Assembly: GCA_965248535.1 (NCBI GenBank)
Contig: CBDFJR010000002.1
Location: 512,001 to 576,000, forward strand
Direction: 5' to 3'
Length of the DNA stretch: 64,000 nucleotides
Origin: Phormidesmis sp.
Lineage (GTDB): Bacteria > Cyanobacteriota > Cyanobacteriia > Leptolyngbyales > Leptolyngbyaceae
Shown here one piece after another: positions 36,235 to 47,259 of this stretch (position 1 is its first letter; each line of letters begins with the position of its first letter). Position numbers and translations under genes: made by a program. Under the pieces are notes generated by a model. That model had not been told where the DNA came from, did no database searches, and was given only the letters and a program-made list of their open reading frames with translations.

Positions 36235-36277
36235 AAATTTTGAAGGTTAGTGAATAGGCGGCACGAGCCACTGAAAC

Positions 36278-36305
36278 AAAAAAGAGCGGATTGAAATCAC
36301 GCTCT
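36278..36305 (-). terminator. Intrinsic terminator after the fasciclin gene
   Basis: Minus strand reads agagcg-tgatttcaatc-cgctct followed by a T run. Confidence 0.6.
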
Positions 36306-36354
36306 CAGCTTGTCGCTTGAATACTGATCGCCTGAATAGCTATCTCAACGATCG

Positions 36355-36771
36355 TCAAAGACTGATCGAGCCAGGCAATAAAACGGTGTCGATAACATGA
36401 ATGATGCCATTCTCAGCCTCGATATCGGGCATTGTGACCGTTGCATCATTAATTTTGACGGTGCCATTAGAGGCGCTGATTTTGACATCTTCTCCTTCAG
36501 TCGTCGTCGCCTGACTGAGCTTGACGACATCCGCTGCCATCACTTTTCCAGAAACGACGTGATATTCCAATATCTTCCTCAGCGTTGATAGATCTTCTAG
36601 CAACGACTCAACCGTTCCTGATGGCAGTTTAGAAAACGCATCATCAGAGGGGGCAAAAACCGTAAACGGGCCAGGACTCTTTAGGGCAGTGTCAAGTCCG
36701 GCCGCTGTGATGGCCGCTACTAGCGTGGTAAAGGTTCCCGCACTCATGGCAGTGTCAACAATATCTGGCAT
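36355..36771 (-). CDS. Fasciclin (FAS1) domain protein
   Basis: [20 protein letters not shown] and [11 protein letters not shown] motifs. Confidence 0.93.
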   Translation of the reverse strand: MPDIVDTAMSAGTFTTLVAAITAAGLDTALKSPGPFTVFAPSDDAFSKLPSGTVESLLEDLSTLRKILEYHVVSGKVMAADVVKLSQATTTEGEDVKISASNGTVKINDATVTMPDIEAENGIIHVIDTVLLPGSISL

Positions 36772-37221
36772 AGGTTCCTAGCAATCCTAGTAATAAGAAT
36801 GGGTTTGAGTTTACGAGTGTCGTGAACTTTGCCCAGTCTATGCCTAAAGATAAATTCTATAATCTGTCGATCGAGCGAAACTAGCCACCCGATCGCTCTA
36901 TCCTTTGGGAGAGAACTCTGCTTAGGATTCGCTATTTTGAACTGCCCCCCTGCTTGGGCAGAGACGACGTAAGTTCCCACAGATTCAAGTTCCTACAGAT
37001 TAACGTTGAATCGCCTGTGATGGTGCTAGCTGATTGAATGAACTCATGAACATCCTTGACTCTCTGGTTAACTCATACCTGGTTAACTCATGACTGGTTG
37101 GGTCATTTTCATCAGGTTATTTGAGACAGAGAGTACTCTGTTCAAGAATTTAATCTTTCAAGTTTGATTGTTCACCCTACAATCGGAATAGAGTAAGTAT
37201 GTAGCGAGGCAAAGAGAAGCA

Positions 37222-38223
37222 ATGTCATATTCCATATTGAGTGATGAAATCAGACAACAGTTAGAACAAGAGCGATCGCGGTTGAGCAGCGATCGCGAGA
37301 CCATTATTCAAACCGCAGTTCAGCAAGCAACCGCTGCCATTGACCTCGCCCTGCAAAATTTGAACTCGCTGTTAGGAGACGAGTCAATGAGCAATGGTCA
37401 CGGCACCCATCTTCCCCAGATAGAAGCCGTGGTGCGCTCAAAAGCATCCACCCCACAATCCGTCACCCAATCTAAAGGCAAACGAGGACAATCGAAAGCA
37501 AAGCTTTTTGATGGAAAAGTGCTCAAGTCTGAGTTTGAAGGACTTGCCCCGATCGATGCAATGGTGCAGGTTATTCAACAATCTCCTGAACAATCCTTTG
37601 ACGCAGAAGCCGTGATTCGTGCCGTCTACGACGAGTTTGACGAAGCAGAGTTACTCAAAGCAAAAAGAAGCGTAAAGATCACCTTGGTGCTAGGGGTCAA
37701 AAAAGGGTTGTTAGAGAAGGTTCAAGATCATCCTCCTATGTTCAAAGCCTTAACTGGAGAGGATCACGAGAGCCAGCAAGCTGATCACACAGAGAGCGTC
37801 TCTGACGATGAACCCGATGCAGACACCCTCCCTGCCACCAAGAAACCCAGAAAATCATCTAAGGTCAAACCGAAACCCAGAGCTAGATCGAAGGGAACAG
37901 CGAAACAGTCAGAGCCTCAATCGTTTGATGCCAAAAACCCCAAGCGAGCCTTCAGGGGCATGGAGCCGCTTCAGGCAATGGTCAACGTGACTGCAACTGA
38001 CCCTGAGCGATCGTTCTCAACCAACGACATCATTCGTGAGGTCTATGGCGACTTTGAGGGAGCAGAAATGGCAAGAGCCATTAAGAGTGTCGCAGGCACT
38101 CTGACGCGGGGAATGCGGCAAGGATTTTTAGAGAAGACCCACAACAATCCAGCCCAGTTTAAGTTCAAAGCATCGGGCGAAGAGTCGCGCTCCACGCAAG
38201 AGCAAGAGTCTATCCCTGCCTAG
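37222..38223 (+). CDS. Hypothetical protein: N-terminal coiled coil plus two copies of a winged-helix-like domain
   Basis: Two alignable ~80-aa internal repeats separated by acidic and Lys-rich linkers. Confidence 0.7.
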   Translation: MSYSILSDEIRQQLEQERSRLSSDRETIIQTAVQQATAAIDLALQNLNSLLGDESMSNGHGTHLPQIEAVVRSKASTPQSVTQSKGKRGQSKAKLFDGKVLKSEFEGLAPIDAMVQVIQQSPEQSFDAEAVIRAVYDEFDEAELLKAKRSVKITLVLGVKKGLLEKVQDHPPMFKALTGEDHESQQADHTESVSDDEPDADTLPATKKPRKSSKVKPKPRARSKGTAKQSEPQSFDAKNPKRAFRGMEPLQAMVNVTATDPERSFSTNDIIREVYGDFEGAEMARAIKSVAGTLTRGMRQGFLEKTHNNPAQFKFKASGEESRSTQEQESIPA

Positions 38224-38283
38224 GTTCCCCCAGATGTGGGCGTGGTCTATGCCATGCCCACCAATCGTTTTTGTCATTATTTC

Positions 38284-39189
38284 ATGATTGACCATGACCG
38301 CCTCTTTAAGGAACTCCTGACCACATTTTTTGTTGAGTTCCTAGACCTCTTTCTGCCCAACATTGCCAGTACGCTTGATCGAAACTCGATTCGATTTTTG
38401 CCGCAGGAGTATTTTGGGGATCTAACGGCTGGTGAAGATAAGATTATCGACTTGCTGGTTGAAGTCAAACAGTCTGGTGAAGAGGTTGGGTTCCTCGTTC
38501 ATGTTGAGGCGCAGTCTTACACGCAGTCTGACTTTTCCCGGCGAATGTTCTTCTATTTCGCCCGTCTCTACCAAAAATATGTGCAGAAGATCTATCCAAT
38601 CGTGGTCTTCTCGTTTGATCAACCTCTAAGAGCCGAACCGCAAACTCACTCTGTTGAGTTTTCAGGTCTGAAGGTTCTAGAGTTCAATTTTGCAGCAGTC
38701 CAACTCAACCAGCTACACTGGCGTGATTTCCTCGATCAACATAACCCCATTGCAGCAGCACTCATGGCAAAGATGCAAATTGCAGCAGTCGATCGCCCAA
38801 CTGTGAAAGCGCAGTGTCTGCGAATGCTGGCAACCTTGCGCTTAGATGCTGCTAGATCGCGGTTGATTTCAGGCTTTGTAGATACCTATCTTCGACTCAA
38901 TGAGTCCGAGGAGCAATTGTTTACTGAAGAGATTGGTAAATTAGAAGCAGTAGAGCAGGCACGTGTGATGGAAATTACAACAAGTTGGCTAGAACAGGGA
39001 ATTGAGCAAGGAATTGAGCAGGGAGAACGATCGCTGGTGTTAAAACTGTTGACTCGACGGGTTGGCGCGGTGCCAGAGTCTTTGAGAACTCAAATTGAAG
39101 CCTTACCGATCGCGGAAATCGAATCCCTCGGCGAGGCTTTGCTCGATTTCTCTGGCGTAGCCGATCTAGAACGATGGCTGACCCTATAA
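38284..39189 (+). CDS. Rpn/YhgA-like PD-(D/E)XK protein with C-terminal DUF4351
   Basis: DHDRLFKELL, LVHVEAQ, RMFFYFARL, W.EQGIEQG and LGEALLDF....DL..WL motifs. Confidence 0.88.
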   Translation: MIDHDRLFKELLTTFFVEFLDLFLPNIASTLDRNSIRFLPQEYFGDLTAGEDKIIDLLVEVKQSGEEVGFLVHVEAQSYTQSDFSRRMFFYFARLYQKYVQKIYPIVVFSFDQPLRAEPQTHSVEFSGLKVLEFNFAAVQLNQLHWRDFLDQHNPIAAALMAKMQIAAVDRPTVKAQCLRMLATLRLDAARSRLISGFVDTYLRLNESEEQLFTEEIGKLEAVEQARVMEITTSWLEQGIEQGIEQGERSLVLKLLTRRVGAVPESLRTQIEALPIAEIESLGEALLDFSGVADLERWLTL

Positions 39190-39280
39190 GCGTCCGATTT
39201 TTCCGCATTATCTAAGAAGAAGCATTAATGCTCTATCCCAGAAATTGATGCTTCTATCAACGGTCAAGCAATCTCCCGGC

Positions 39281-40429
39281 TTAATTACGAACTTGGACTG
39301 GCATCACCAAATAGGTCATCTTAATGCTGCCTAAAGGAGACAGAATTGCCGGACTGGTAGACGTGTTTAGCTGCATTTGCACTTCGGAGGTGGCGATCGC
39401 TTTCAGTCCATCCACCAAATATTTGACATTAAAGGCCACATCCAAACTGTCCCCTGAAATCTGGGCGGGCATCGTCTCGCGACCGCTGCCCACATCTTGA
39501 GCATCCACTGAGAGCGTTAGTTCTTGATTGGAGTCATTTAGACTCAGTTTGACAATATTGTTCTTTTGATCAGCCAACACTGAGATCCGCTCTAAAGCCC
39601 CCAAGAAAAGGCGACGATCGATCGTCATCTGGTGCGAAAACTGTTTGGGAATCAGTTGGCGATAGTTGGGATATTGCCCCTCTAGCAAGCGGCTGGTCAG
39701 GCGTTGATCTGTCCATTCAAAGATGGCTTGCCCTTGGTCAAACTGCACCGCGACCGAGCTTCCGCCTTGCCCCAGCATTTTGATCAACTCCTGCAAAGCC
39801 TTAGCCGGAATGGTAACATTCAGGGCCGTCTCGCTTTTAGAGCGATCGGGAGAAGCCTCTTCTTCGATCGTCTGCACCACCGACAAACGGTGCCCGTCAG
39901 TGGCCGCAAACTCCAGTCCATCCGGTTGCAAGCTTAAGTGAACGCCCGTTAGCACCTGCTTAGTCTCATCGGCACTCGCGGCAAATAGCGACCCCCGCAA
40001 GCCGTCGATCAACGCCTCGGCAGATAAGGTCGCCAGTTCACCCGCTTCGATCACAGGCAACTCTGGAAACTCCTCAGCCCCCATCCCGCGCATTTGATAG
40101 CGCCCTGAAGCGCAGGTTAGCGTCGTCAGCAACCCTGCCTCTGCTTCGGTGCCGCTGTCGAGGGTGATGTCTCCATCGGGCAGACGCGAGACAATATCGC
40201 CCAGCAGTTTAGCCGGAAGAGTCAGAGATCCGCTCTCTTGCACCTGAGCCGGGAAACTTGTCTGAATGCCAAGGCTCAGGTCGAAGGCACTGAGGCTGAG
40301 GCGCTGAGTCTGAGCATCGGCATTGAGCAGCACGTTAGCCAAAACTGGATGGGTGGGGCGTGACGAAACCGCACGACTGACCAGCGAAAGATGAGAATTG
40401 AGGTGATTTTGGGCGCAAACCAGTTTCAT
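39281..40429 (-). CDS. dnaN: DNA polymerase III beta clamp
   Basis: AATDGHRL, SRLLEGQYPNY, AFNVKYL and YLVMPVQ motifs; downstream of dnaA. Confidence 0.97.
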   Translation of the reverse strand: MKLVCAQNHLNSHLSLVSRAVSSRPTHPVLANVLLNADAQTQRLSLSAFDLSLGIQTSFPAQVQESGSLTLPAKLLGDIVSRLPDGDITLDSGTEAEAGLLTTLTCASGRYQMRGMGAEEFPELPVIEAGELATLSAEALIDGLRGSLFAASADETKQVLTGVHLSLQPDGLEFAATDGHRLSVVQTIEEEASPDRSKSETALNVTIPAKALQELIKMLGQGGSSVAVQFDQGQAIFEWTDQRLTSRLLEGQYPNYRQLIPKQFSHQMTIDRRLFLGALERISVLADQKNNIVKLSLNDSNQELTLSVDAQDVGSGRETMPAQISGDSLDVAFNVKYLVDGLKAIATSEVQMQLNTSTSPAILSPLGSIKMTYLVMPVQVRN

Positions 40430-40929
40430 GGCAATTGAGGGCTAAGAGAGGTGAAGGAAATCTTTAACAGGTCGTAAACGATCGTGGGCTGAATTTGTGG
40501 AATTGCTGTGCAGGAATCTTGTTTGAGCATCCTAGCACCCCTGTTTACAACGTGCCACCAACCCTTAAAACCAGCCCTTGTAGGGGATTTGATGGCTAAA
40601 CTAACTCGATTAATCTGCCCACAGAGAAACTGTGGAAACTGTGGAAAAAGCACCAAAACCATTTTCAGGAGAGAGGTTGAAGTGGCGATCGGCTGTGGAA
40701 AACTTGTGGAAAAGATCGGCTTAACCTGCGATCGCCGCCCAATCTCCTGAGCGGGTGCTGACGTTTTCCACTATGGAAAGAAGTTTTTGACAGGTTTCCC
40801 ACAAAGTTTTCCACAGAAAAGAGAGATTTTTCCACAAGTGAATCGAGATTCATTCTCTTAGATGAGGAAAATGAATCGAAGTGGGCGCGATCGATGGGAT
40901 TTGTTAAAGACCCCCTGTACTATCGGCCG
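40430..40929. promoter_or_regulatory. Probable oriC with cyanobacterial DnaA boxes
   Basis: Perfect TTTTCCACA/TGTGGAAAA at 40640, 40694, 40705, 40807 and 40828, plus near-matches at 40496, 40631, 40764 and 40795, all in the dnaA-dnaN intergenic region. Confidence 0.88.
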
Positions 40930-42309
40930 CTATTTTCGGGTTTGACTCGCTAAGTTGATGCGATCGCCCAGTTGTTTTAACGTCTGCGCCATGCTGGGAT
41001 CGCTGGTCTTGAGTTGAGCAATTTTGTCGCAGCTATACATCACGGTGGTGTGATCTTTGCCCCCGAACTCTTCGCCGATTTTGGGCAAACTCAGTTCGGT
41101 GTGGTGGCGCATCAGATACATCCCGATTTGTCTGGCAACGCTGATTTCTCGGCGGCGAGAATTGCCTTTTAGGTCTTCGATCGGCACGTTAAAGGCATCG
41201 GCCACGGCCGTAATCACAGCTTCTGGCGAGGCTTCGACTTTCTCCACGGGGGGATTCAACACAGGTGCAATATTTTCGACGGTCATCGACAGACCCGAAA
41301 TCGAAATATAGGCCACCGCCCGAATCAGCGCGCCTTCTAGCTCTCGAATGTTTGAAGTGTAGCTAGAGGCAATGTATTCAATCACCGCTCGCGGCAGGCG
41401 CATATTTTCATATTCAGCTTTCTTTTGCAAAATCGCCATCCGCGTCTCTAGGTCGGGCGGCTGAATGTCGGCAATCAAGCCCATTGAGAAGCGCGAACAG
41501 AGCCGCTCTTGCAGTCGCGGAATTTGATTGGGCGGACGATCGGAGGCGATCACCACCTGTTTTCCAGCTTCGTGCAGGGTGTTGAAGGTGTGAAAAAACT
41601 CTTCTTGGGTATATTCTTTGCCTTCGATAAATTGAATGTCATCGACCAGCAGCACGTCAACGGCTCGATAAAGCTCTCGAAAGCTCTGCATACTGTCTTT
41701 GCGAATGGCTGAAATCAAATCGTTGGTAAACTGCTCCGTCGAGACGTAAAAGACTTTAGAACTAGCGCAGATTTCTAAACGGTAGTGCCCGATCGCTTGC
41801 ATCAAGTGAGTCTTGCCCAACCCAACGCCGCCGCAGAGAAAGAGCGGATTAAACTCCCGTCCGGGTGACTCTGCCACGGCCAGCGAGGCGGCGTGGGCCA
41901 TGCGATTATTGGGGCCAACCACCAGCCGAGAAAACACATATTTTTGGTTGAGATCAGAGTTTTGGGCCCGTTGCCCCGTCGGGATTTCGGGAATATTGAC
42001 CTCGATCGGGAGGGGATAATACATGTCGGCATCCCCCAGCAGGGCCCCATCGTCGCCCTGAGCGATCGTGATGTGAATCTCGATCGGGTGCCCCGCCACC
42101 TGCTCAACGACTTCGGTGATCGTCTTGATGTAGTATTTCTGAATCCAATTCTTCGCAAAGGGGTTGGGCGTGCGAATCACCAAACAGCCGTCTTCTAGCT
42201 GTTCGGGCACCGCAGTTTTAATCCAAGTCTCAAACGTGGGGCGACTAAGCTGAATTTGTAATCGCTCTAGGACTTGGGCCCAGAGACTTTCGACCATCGC
42301 AATTTCCAC
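40930..42309 (-). CDS. dnaA: Chromosomal replication initiator DnaA
   Basis: [33 protein letters not shown] and GGKDHTTV motifs. Confidence 0.98.
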   Translation of the reverse strand: MEIAMVESLWAQVLERLQIQLSRPTFETWIKTAVPEQLEDGCLVIRTPNPFAKNWIQKYYIKTITEVVEQVAGHPIEIHITIAQGDDGALLGDADMYYPLPIEVNIPEIPTGQRAQNSDLNQKYVFSRLVVGPNNRMAHAASLAVAESPGREFNPLFLCGGVGLGKTHLMQAIGHYRLEICASSKVFYVSTEQFTNDLISAIRKDSMQSFRELYRAVDVLLVDDIQFIEGKEYTQEEFFHTFNTLHEAGKQVVIASDRPPNQIPRLQERLCSRFSMGLIADIQPPDLETRMAILQKKAEYENMRLPRAVIEYIASSYTSNIRELEGALIRAVAYISISGLSMTVENIAPVLNPPVEKVEASPEAVITAVADAFNVPIEDLKGNSRRREISVARQIGMYLMRHHTELSLPKIGEEFGGKDHTTVMYSCDKIAQLKTSDPSMAQTLKQLGDRINLASQTRK

Positions 42310-42540
42310 GGTAAACCTCTAGCACTAACCATCGAATCAGTCTCTATCTCGAAAATCGCCCACCCCGGTCAGGGTAGAAGCGGATCAAAAGCATAGAACA
42401 ATTTACTCTATTTTTTTGTGGATTTTATGATCGCCACCAACAGCAATACAAATAGAGTCATCTCTGCGACTTCATCCCCTCAAATAGCGGATGAAGTTTA
42501 AGATCTAAAGTGATAACAGTCAAAAAACTTGGAACTCTTG

Positions 42541-45222
42541 GTGAACAATTCCCCTCCCTCTTCTCGGCTTGACCTGAAAACGCTGTTTCCGTTTGAGCTA
42601 GATGACTTTCAGCTACAGGCGATCGCGGCTTTAGAAGCAGACAAGTCGGTGGTGGTCTGTGCACCTACAGGCTCTGGGAAAACTCTGATCGGCGAATATG
42701 CCATTCATCGCGCTTTGGCAGATGGGCGCAGGGTGCTCTACACCACGCCCCTCAAAGCCCTGTCTAACCAAAAGCTGCGGGATTTTCGCAACCAGTTTGG
42801 AGCCGATCGGGTCGGTCTGCTGACGGGCGATGTCTCGGTCAACCGCGAGGCTCCGATTTTGGTGATGACGACCGAAATCTTTCGCAATATGCTCTATGGC
42901 ACCCCGATCGGAGAAGTCGGCACCTCGCTCACGGGCGTAGAAGCCGTGGTGCTTGACGAATGTCATTATATGAACGATCGCCAGCGCGGCACCGTTTGGG
43001 AAGAGTCGATTATTTACTGCCCGGCTGAAATTCAACTCGTGGCGCTCTCTGCAACGGTGGCTAACAGCGACCAGCTAACGGATTGGATTGATCAAGTCCA
43101 CGGCCCTACCGAGCTAATTTACTCTACCTATCGTCCGGTTCCGCTTCACTTCTCGTTTTGCAACCCCAAAGGCTTGTTTCCCCTGCTGGACGACAATCAC
43201 ACCCAGATTAATCCGCGGCTCAAAATCAAGCGCAGTCAGCACCGCCCCAAAGGAGCTAACCAGCGTGGGGCCCCTCGACCCGAAGCGCCCCCGATCGCGT
43301 TCACCCTCAGCAAACTGCGCGAAAAGGATATGCTGCCTGCGATCTACTTCATCTTTAGTCGCAAGGGCTGCGATCAGGCGGTTACGAACTTGGGGGCGCT
43401 GTCGCTGGTGAATCCAGCCGAAGCCGCTCAACTCAAGGGGCTGATTGATGAGTTTCTCGATCGCAACCCCGATGCCGGACGGGTCGGCCAGGTCGAACCG
43501 CTCTATCGAGGCATTGCCGCTCACCACGCCGGAATTTTGCCCGCCTGGAAAGGTCTGGTGGAAGAATTATTTCAGCAGGGCTTGATCAAAGTGGTGTTTG
43601 CCACCGAAACTCTGGCTGCGGGGATCAATATGCCTGCGAGAACCACGGTGATCTCCAGCCTGTCTAAGCGCACTGATTTGGGGCATCGACTGCTCAACCC
43701 CTCCGAGTTTCTTCAGATGGCGGGTCGGGCAGGTCGGCGCGGCATGGACAAAGAGGGCTATGTGGTCACGGTTCAGACTCCCTTTGAGGGCGCAAAAGAA
43801 GCGGCCTATCTTGCCACCTCGGAGCCTGATCCCCTCGTGAGCCAGTTCACGCCTAGCTATGGCATGGTGTTGAATCTGCTGCAAACCCACACGATCGCAG
43901 AAGCCAAAGAGCTAGTCGAGCGCAGTTTTGGGCAATATCTATCCACTTTGTATCTGCGCCCTCAACAGCAGGAAATCGATCGCTGCAAAGCCGAACTGAG
44001 TCAGCTAGAAGCCCAAGTCGCCTCCGTAGACTGGAAACTGATGGCGCAATATGAGAAACTCCAAGAACGCTTGAAAGAAGAGCGGCGGTTATTAAAAACC
44101 CTGCAAAGTCAGGCAGACGAGATGCAATCAGGCGAACTGGCGATCGCGCTCTCCTTTGCGGTTGCCGGAACCCTCCTAATTCTCAAAGGCGATCATGTCC
44201 GCTTACCCAGCCCGCTCCCTGCCGTCTTGGTGATGAAGATTCAGGGCGCTGGGCAGTTTCCCTACCTCGTCTGTTTGGGTCAAAACAATCGCTGGTATAT
44301 CAGCACCGTGTCCGATGTGGTCAATCTCCGGGGTGACATTCCTCGCATTCGAGAAGTCGATGACTTGGTGCCGCCTTCTGAAATGCCGCCAAAACCGGGT
44401 CAGTCTCGCGGTGGCAACGAGCAGACAGCAGCGATCGCCCACCGTATTCCCAACGCGCCTGGTTTGGAAGATGACCACCCCGAAGTCTATGCCCAGTTTC
44501 AGCGCACGGCAGCTATCGAAGCCCAAATTGCGGCTCATCCCGTCAGTCAGTGGGGCGATCGCAGCTATCTGCTCAAACGTCAAAAGCGGATCGAAACTCT
44601 CAGAGCAGAGGTGCGCGATCGCCAAGGCAAACTAGAGCAACAAACCCAGCGCCACTGGGAAGAATTCATGAATCTGATTGAGATCCTGCAACACTTTGGC
44701 TGTCTTGAAGGGTTGATCCCGACTCCGCTGGGTCAAGCCACAGCCGCCATTCGAGGCGATAACGAACTCTGGCTAGGACTAGCCATCATGTCAGGCGAAT
44801 TTGACTCGCTCGACCCCCACCATCTAGCCGCCGCCTGCGCCGCCCTCGTCACCGAAGTCTCGCGCCCCGATAGCTGGACTCGTTATGACATCTCAAACGA
44901 AGTCGAAGAGGCTCTGGGCGGGCTGCGAAACATTCGTCGTCAACTCTTTCAGGTGCAGCGACGGCACCAGGTGACACTGCCCGTGTGGTTAGAGGGAGAA
45001 CTGATCGGCTTGATCGAACAATGGGCACTCGGTATTGAATGGGTAGAGCTTTGTGAAAACACTAGCCTCGACGAAGGTGACGTAGTGCGAATCCTGCGAC
45101 GAACCCTGGATTTTCTCTCTCAGATTCCTCACATTCCTCACGCCTCAAAACTGCTTAAGACCAACGCCAATCGAGCCATCCAACTGATCGATCGCTTCCC
45201 TGTTAATGAAGGAGTTGAATAG
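42541..45222 (+). CDS. Ski2/HelY-like DEAD/DEAH RNA helicase with DSHCT domain
   Basis: APTGSGKT, PLKALSNQK, LDECHY, LSAT, ATETLAAGINMPA, QMAGRAGRRG and DEGDVVR motifs. Confidence 0.93.
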   Translation: MNNSPPSSRLDLKTLFPFELDDFQLQAIAALEADKSVVVCAPTGSGKTLIGEYAIHRALADGRRVLYTTPLKALSNQKLRDFRNQFGADRVGLLTGDVSVNREAPILVMTTEIFRNMLYGTPIGEVGTSLTGVEAVVLDECHYMNDRQRGTVWEESIIYCPAEIQLVALSATVANSDQLTDWIDQVHGPTELIYSTYRPVPLHFSFCNPKGLFPLLDDNHTQINPRLKIKRSQHRPKGANQRGAPRPEAPPIAFTLSKLREKDMLPAIYFIFSRKGCDQAVTNLGALSLVNPAEAAQLKGLIDEFLDRNPDAGRVGQVEPLYRGIAAHHAGILPAWKGLVEELFQQGLIKVVFATETLAAGINMPARTTVISSLSKRTDLGHRLLNPSEFLQMAGRAGRRGMDKEGYVVTVQTPFEGAKEAAYLATSEPDPLVSQFTPSYGMVLNLLQTHTIAEAKELVERSFGQYLSTLYLRPQQQEIDRCKAELSQLEAQVASVDWKLMAQYEKLQERLKEERRLLKTLQSQADEMQSGELAIALSFAVAGTLLILKGDHVRLPSPLPAVLVMKIQGAGQFPYLVCLGQNNRWYISTVSDVVNLRGDIPRIREVDDLVPPSEMPPKPGQSRGGNEQTAAIAHRIPNAPGLEDDHPEVYAQFQRTAAIEAQIAAHPVSQWGDRSYLLKRQKRIETLRAEVRDRQGKLEQQTQRHWEEFMNLIEILQHFGCLEGLIPTPLGQATAAIRGDNELWLGLAIMSGEFDSLDPHHLAAACAALVTEVSRPDSWTRYDISNEVEEALGGLRNIRRQLFQVQRRHQVTLPVWLEGELIGLIEQWALGIEWVELCENTSLDEGDVVRILRRTLDFLSQIPHIPHASKLLKTNANRAIQLIDRFPVNEGVE

Positions 45223-45620
45223 CAGACTGCCCGATCGCAGGTGTGCCGCTTCACAAAGGCGCGCTTGCCTCTACGGTGACTTAATAAACGAGACCCTCAT
45301 TTGAAGGCGATCTCCGTAATCTCAACGAGACGATCGTGCCTTCACAGTCTAGTGCCGACCTTGCAGAAATCAACCTCCATCGCTCAACCGTCCCCTGACA
45401 AAACATTTCAGAAATTTTGGACGTTGGCATCCATCTTTGTAGGTAATTTCCAATCTCAGTAAAACGCCTGATTGCTTCATGAAGACATTTCTCCATACTG
45501 GATACCAGAGCGCATAAAGCCGTTTAGCGCGGTTTAGCACTGGATAAATTTCTAAGATTTCTGCGAATATCTTGGCTCTATTCATACTTTTATTGTTCAC
45601 TTTCGTAGGGTTTTTCCGCC

Positions 45621-46644
45621 GTGAATGACCTTGATCTAGATCGACCTAGAGTTCTTGTCGTCGATGACCACCCCTCTAGCCGAATGACTGCCGTTGCTCT
45701 CTTGTCGGTCGAGGGCTATGACGTGATCGAGGCAGAAGGCGGTGCGGCTGCGCTAGCACAAGTTCTTGAAACCAACCCTGATCTGATTTTGCTCGATGTA
45801 ATGATGCCCGGCATGGATGGCTATGAAGTGTGTCGCCGCCTCAAAGCCGATGATCAGACTCGGTTAACGCCCGTTGTGTTTATCACAGCACTCGACGATC
45901 GCCGCGCCCGTCTGCGAGGCATTGAGGCTGGGGGAGACGATTTTTTAACCAAGCCGTTTGATCAGCTAGAGCTTTCGGCCAGAGTCAAATCTCTGATTCG
46001 TCAAAAGCGATTAAACGAAGACTTAGACCACGCTGAGAAAGTGTTGTTCTCGATCGCCCGCACCGTTGAGAGCCGCGACCCCAACACCGGAGATCACTGC
46101 GAACGGTTGGTCTCGCAGGGTAAAGCCTTCGGTGAACACTTAGGGCTGTCTCGCCCCGAAATTCGCGATCTGATGTGGGGCGGCTATTTGCATGATATTG
46201 GCAAGGTCGGCATCCCCGATGCGGTGTTGCTCAAACGGGGGAAACTAACCGCTGACGAGTGGCAGATTATGCAGCAACATGTCTTGATCGGTGAGCAGAT
46301 CTGTCTCCCTTTGAGAACGATGCGCGGGGTCGTGCCCCTTATTCGGCATCACCACGAACGCTGGGACGGGTCGGGTTATCCCGATGGGTTGATCAAGAAA
46401 TGCGATTCCTTATTTAGCTCAAGTCTTTCAAGCGATCGATATTTATGATGCCCTCACGAGTGAACGCCCTTATAAAAGAGCGTTTTCATCTCATGAAGCA
46501 TTAAATTTAATGGCTGAGGAAACCGCTAAAGGATGGCGCAACCCTGAACTGATTGCACAGTTTAGCTCGTTTATTCAAACGACTGAAATTAAGGAAGGGG
46601 CTTTGAGTCGTTGGTTCACTAAATATGTGAATAGTGCCCATTGA
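45621..46644 (+). CDS. Response regulator with HD-GYP phosphodiesterase domain, +1 frameshift near 46395
   Basis: Receiver (VVDD, LLDVMMP, TKP), LHDIGK and HHERWDGSGYPDGL. The sequence continues in another frame as AIPYLAQVFQAIDIYDALTSERPYK to TGA at 46644. Confidence 0.9.
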
Positions 46645-46710
46645 GTGATTGGGAATAATATTAGTCTTTCGTGATCAGATGCTCTAGAGGCTTTTGTCGC
46701 GATCGTAGAT

Positions 46711-46900
46711 TCATTCAGTCCCAAAAAAGGTGCGAAGTTCTGCGTCACTGATTTGCAGAGCATCGGGAAGGTCGATCGTGATTTGCATGGTGATTCTCCT
46801 GCTATTTCACATCTTCGCTGACATCTTTGAGGAATGCGATGGCTCCCTTGCCCAATATATTGTTCTCGGCGAAATGCTTCCCAACGGTTAATGCTGCCTT
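46711..46900 (-). pseudogene. Remnant paralogous copy of the NACHT-gene 3' end plus antitoxin 5' end
   Basis: 46802-46900 encodes KAALTVGKHFAENNILGKGAIAFLKDVSEDVK* and 46711-46788 encodes MQITIDLPDALQISDAELRTFFGTE*. Both match the junction at about 47495-47670. Confidence 0.8.
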
Positions 46901-46908
46901 GTGACACA

Positions 46909-47259
46909 TTAGGTCTGGTTGAAGTGATCAATGATTGCTCGAATTTCACTAGCGGTTAGAGCGCTTTCATCTGACTTTGAGTAAATAGTGACTAGCAAAA
47001 CGCTTGCATTGTCTCTCATCTGATAAATGACGCGATAACCTGCACTTTTGCCTTTCTTAATGTCGCTATTTTTCAACCGAACCTTAAAGGCTGCGTAATT
47101 AGTCCCAGAAATCTGCTCTCCAAGGAAATTGCCATTTTGAAGCTCGTCCAAGAGAGGCTGGAGATCTAAACGTAGAGTGCGATATCGTTTTGCAAGTTTA
47201 CGAAGTTGAGACTTAAAATCAGGTGAAGCCAGTATTTGAATCAACTCGTGATCAGACAT
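46909..47259 (-). CDS. Type II toxin, RelE/ParE superfamily
   Basis: F...LRKLAKRY, FKVRLKNSD.KKGKSAGYRVIY and LLVTIYSKS motifs; overlaps the upstream antitoxin. Confidence 0.85.
   Translation of the reverse strand: MSDHELIQILASPDFKSQLRKLAKRYRTLRLDLQPLLDELQNGNFLGEQISGTNYAAFKVRLKNSDIKKGKSAGYRVIYQMRDNASVLLVTIYSKSDESALTASEIRAIIDHFNQT

Noticed and set aside
35950..36243. Plus-strand 97-aa ORF as an immunity gene for the peptidase
   Set aside because: It is the antisense shadow of the clearly conserved UBP zinc-finger gene.
38284..39189. Active IS element mobilising the CIS
   Set aside because: Rpn/DUF4351 genes are common in cyanobacteria, and no terminal inverted repeats or target duplication were seen.
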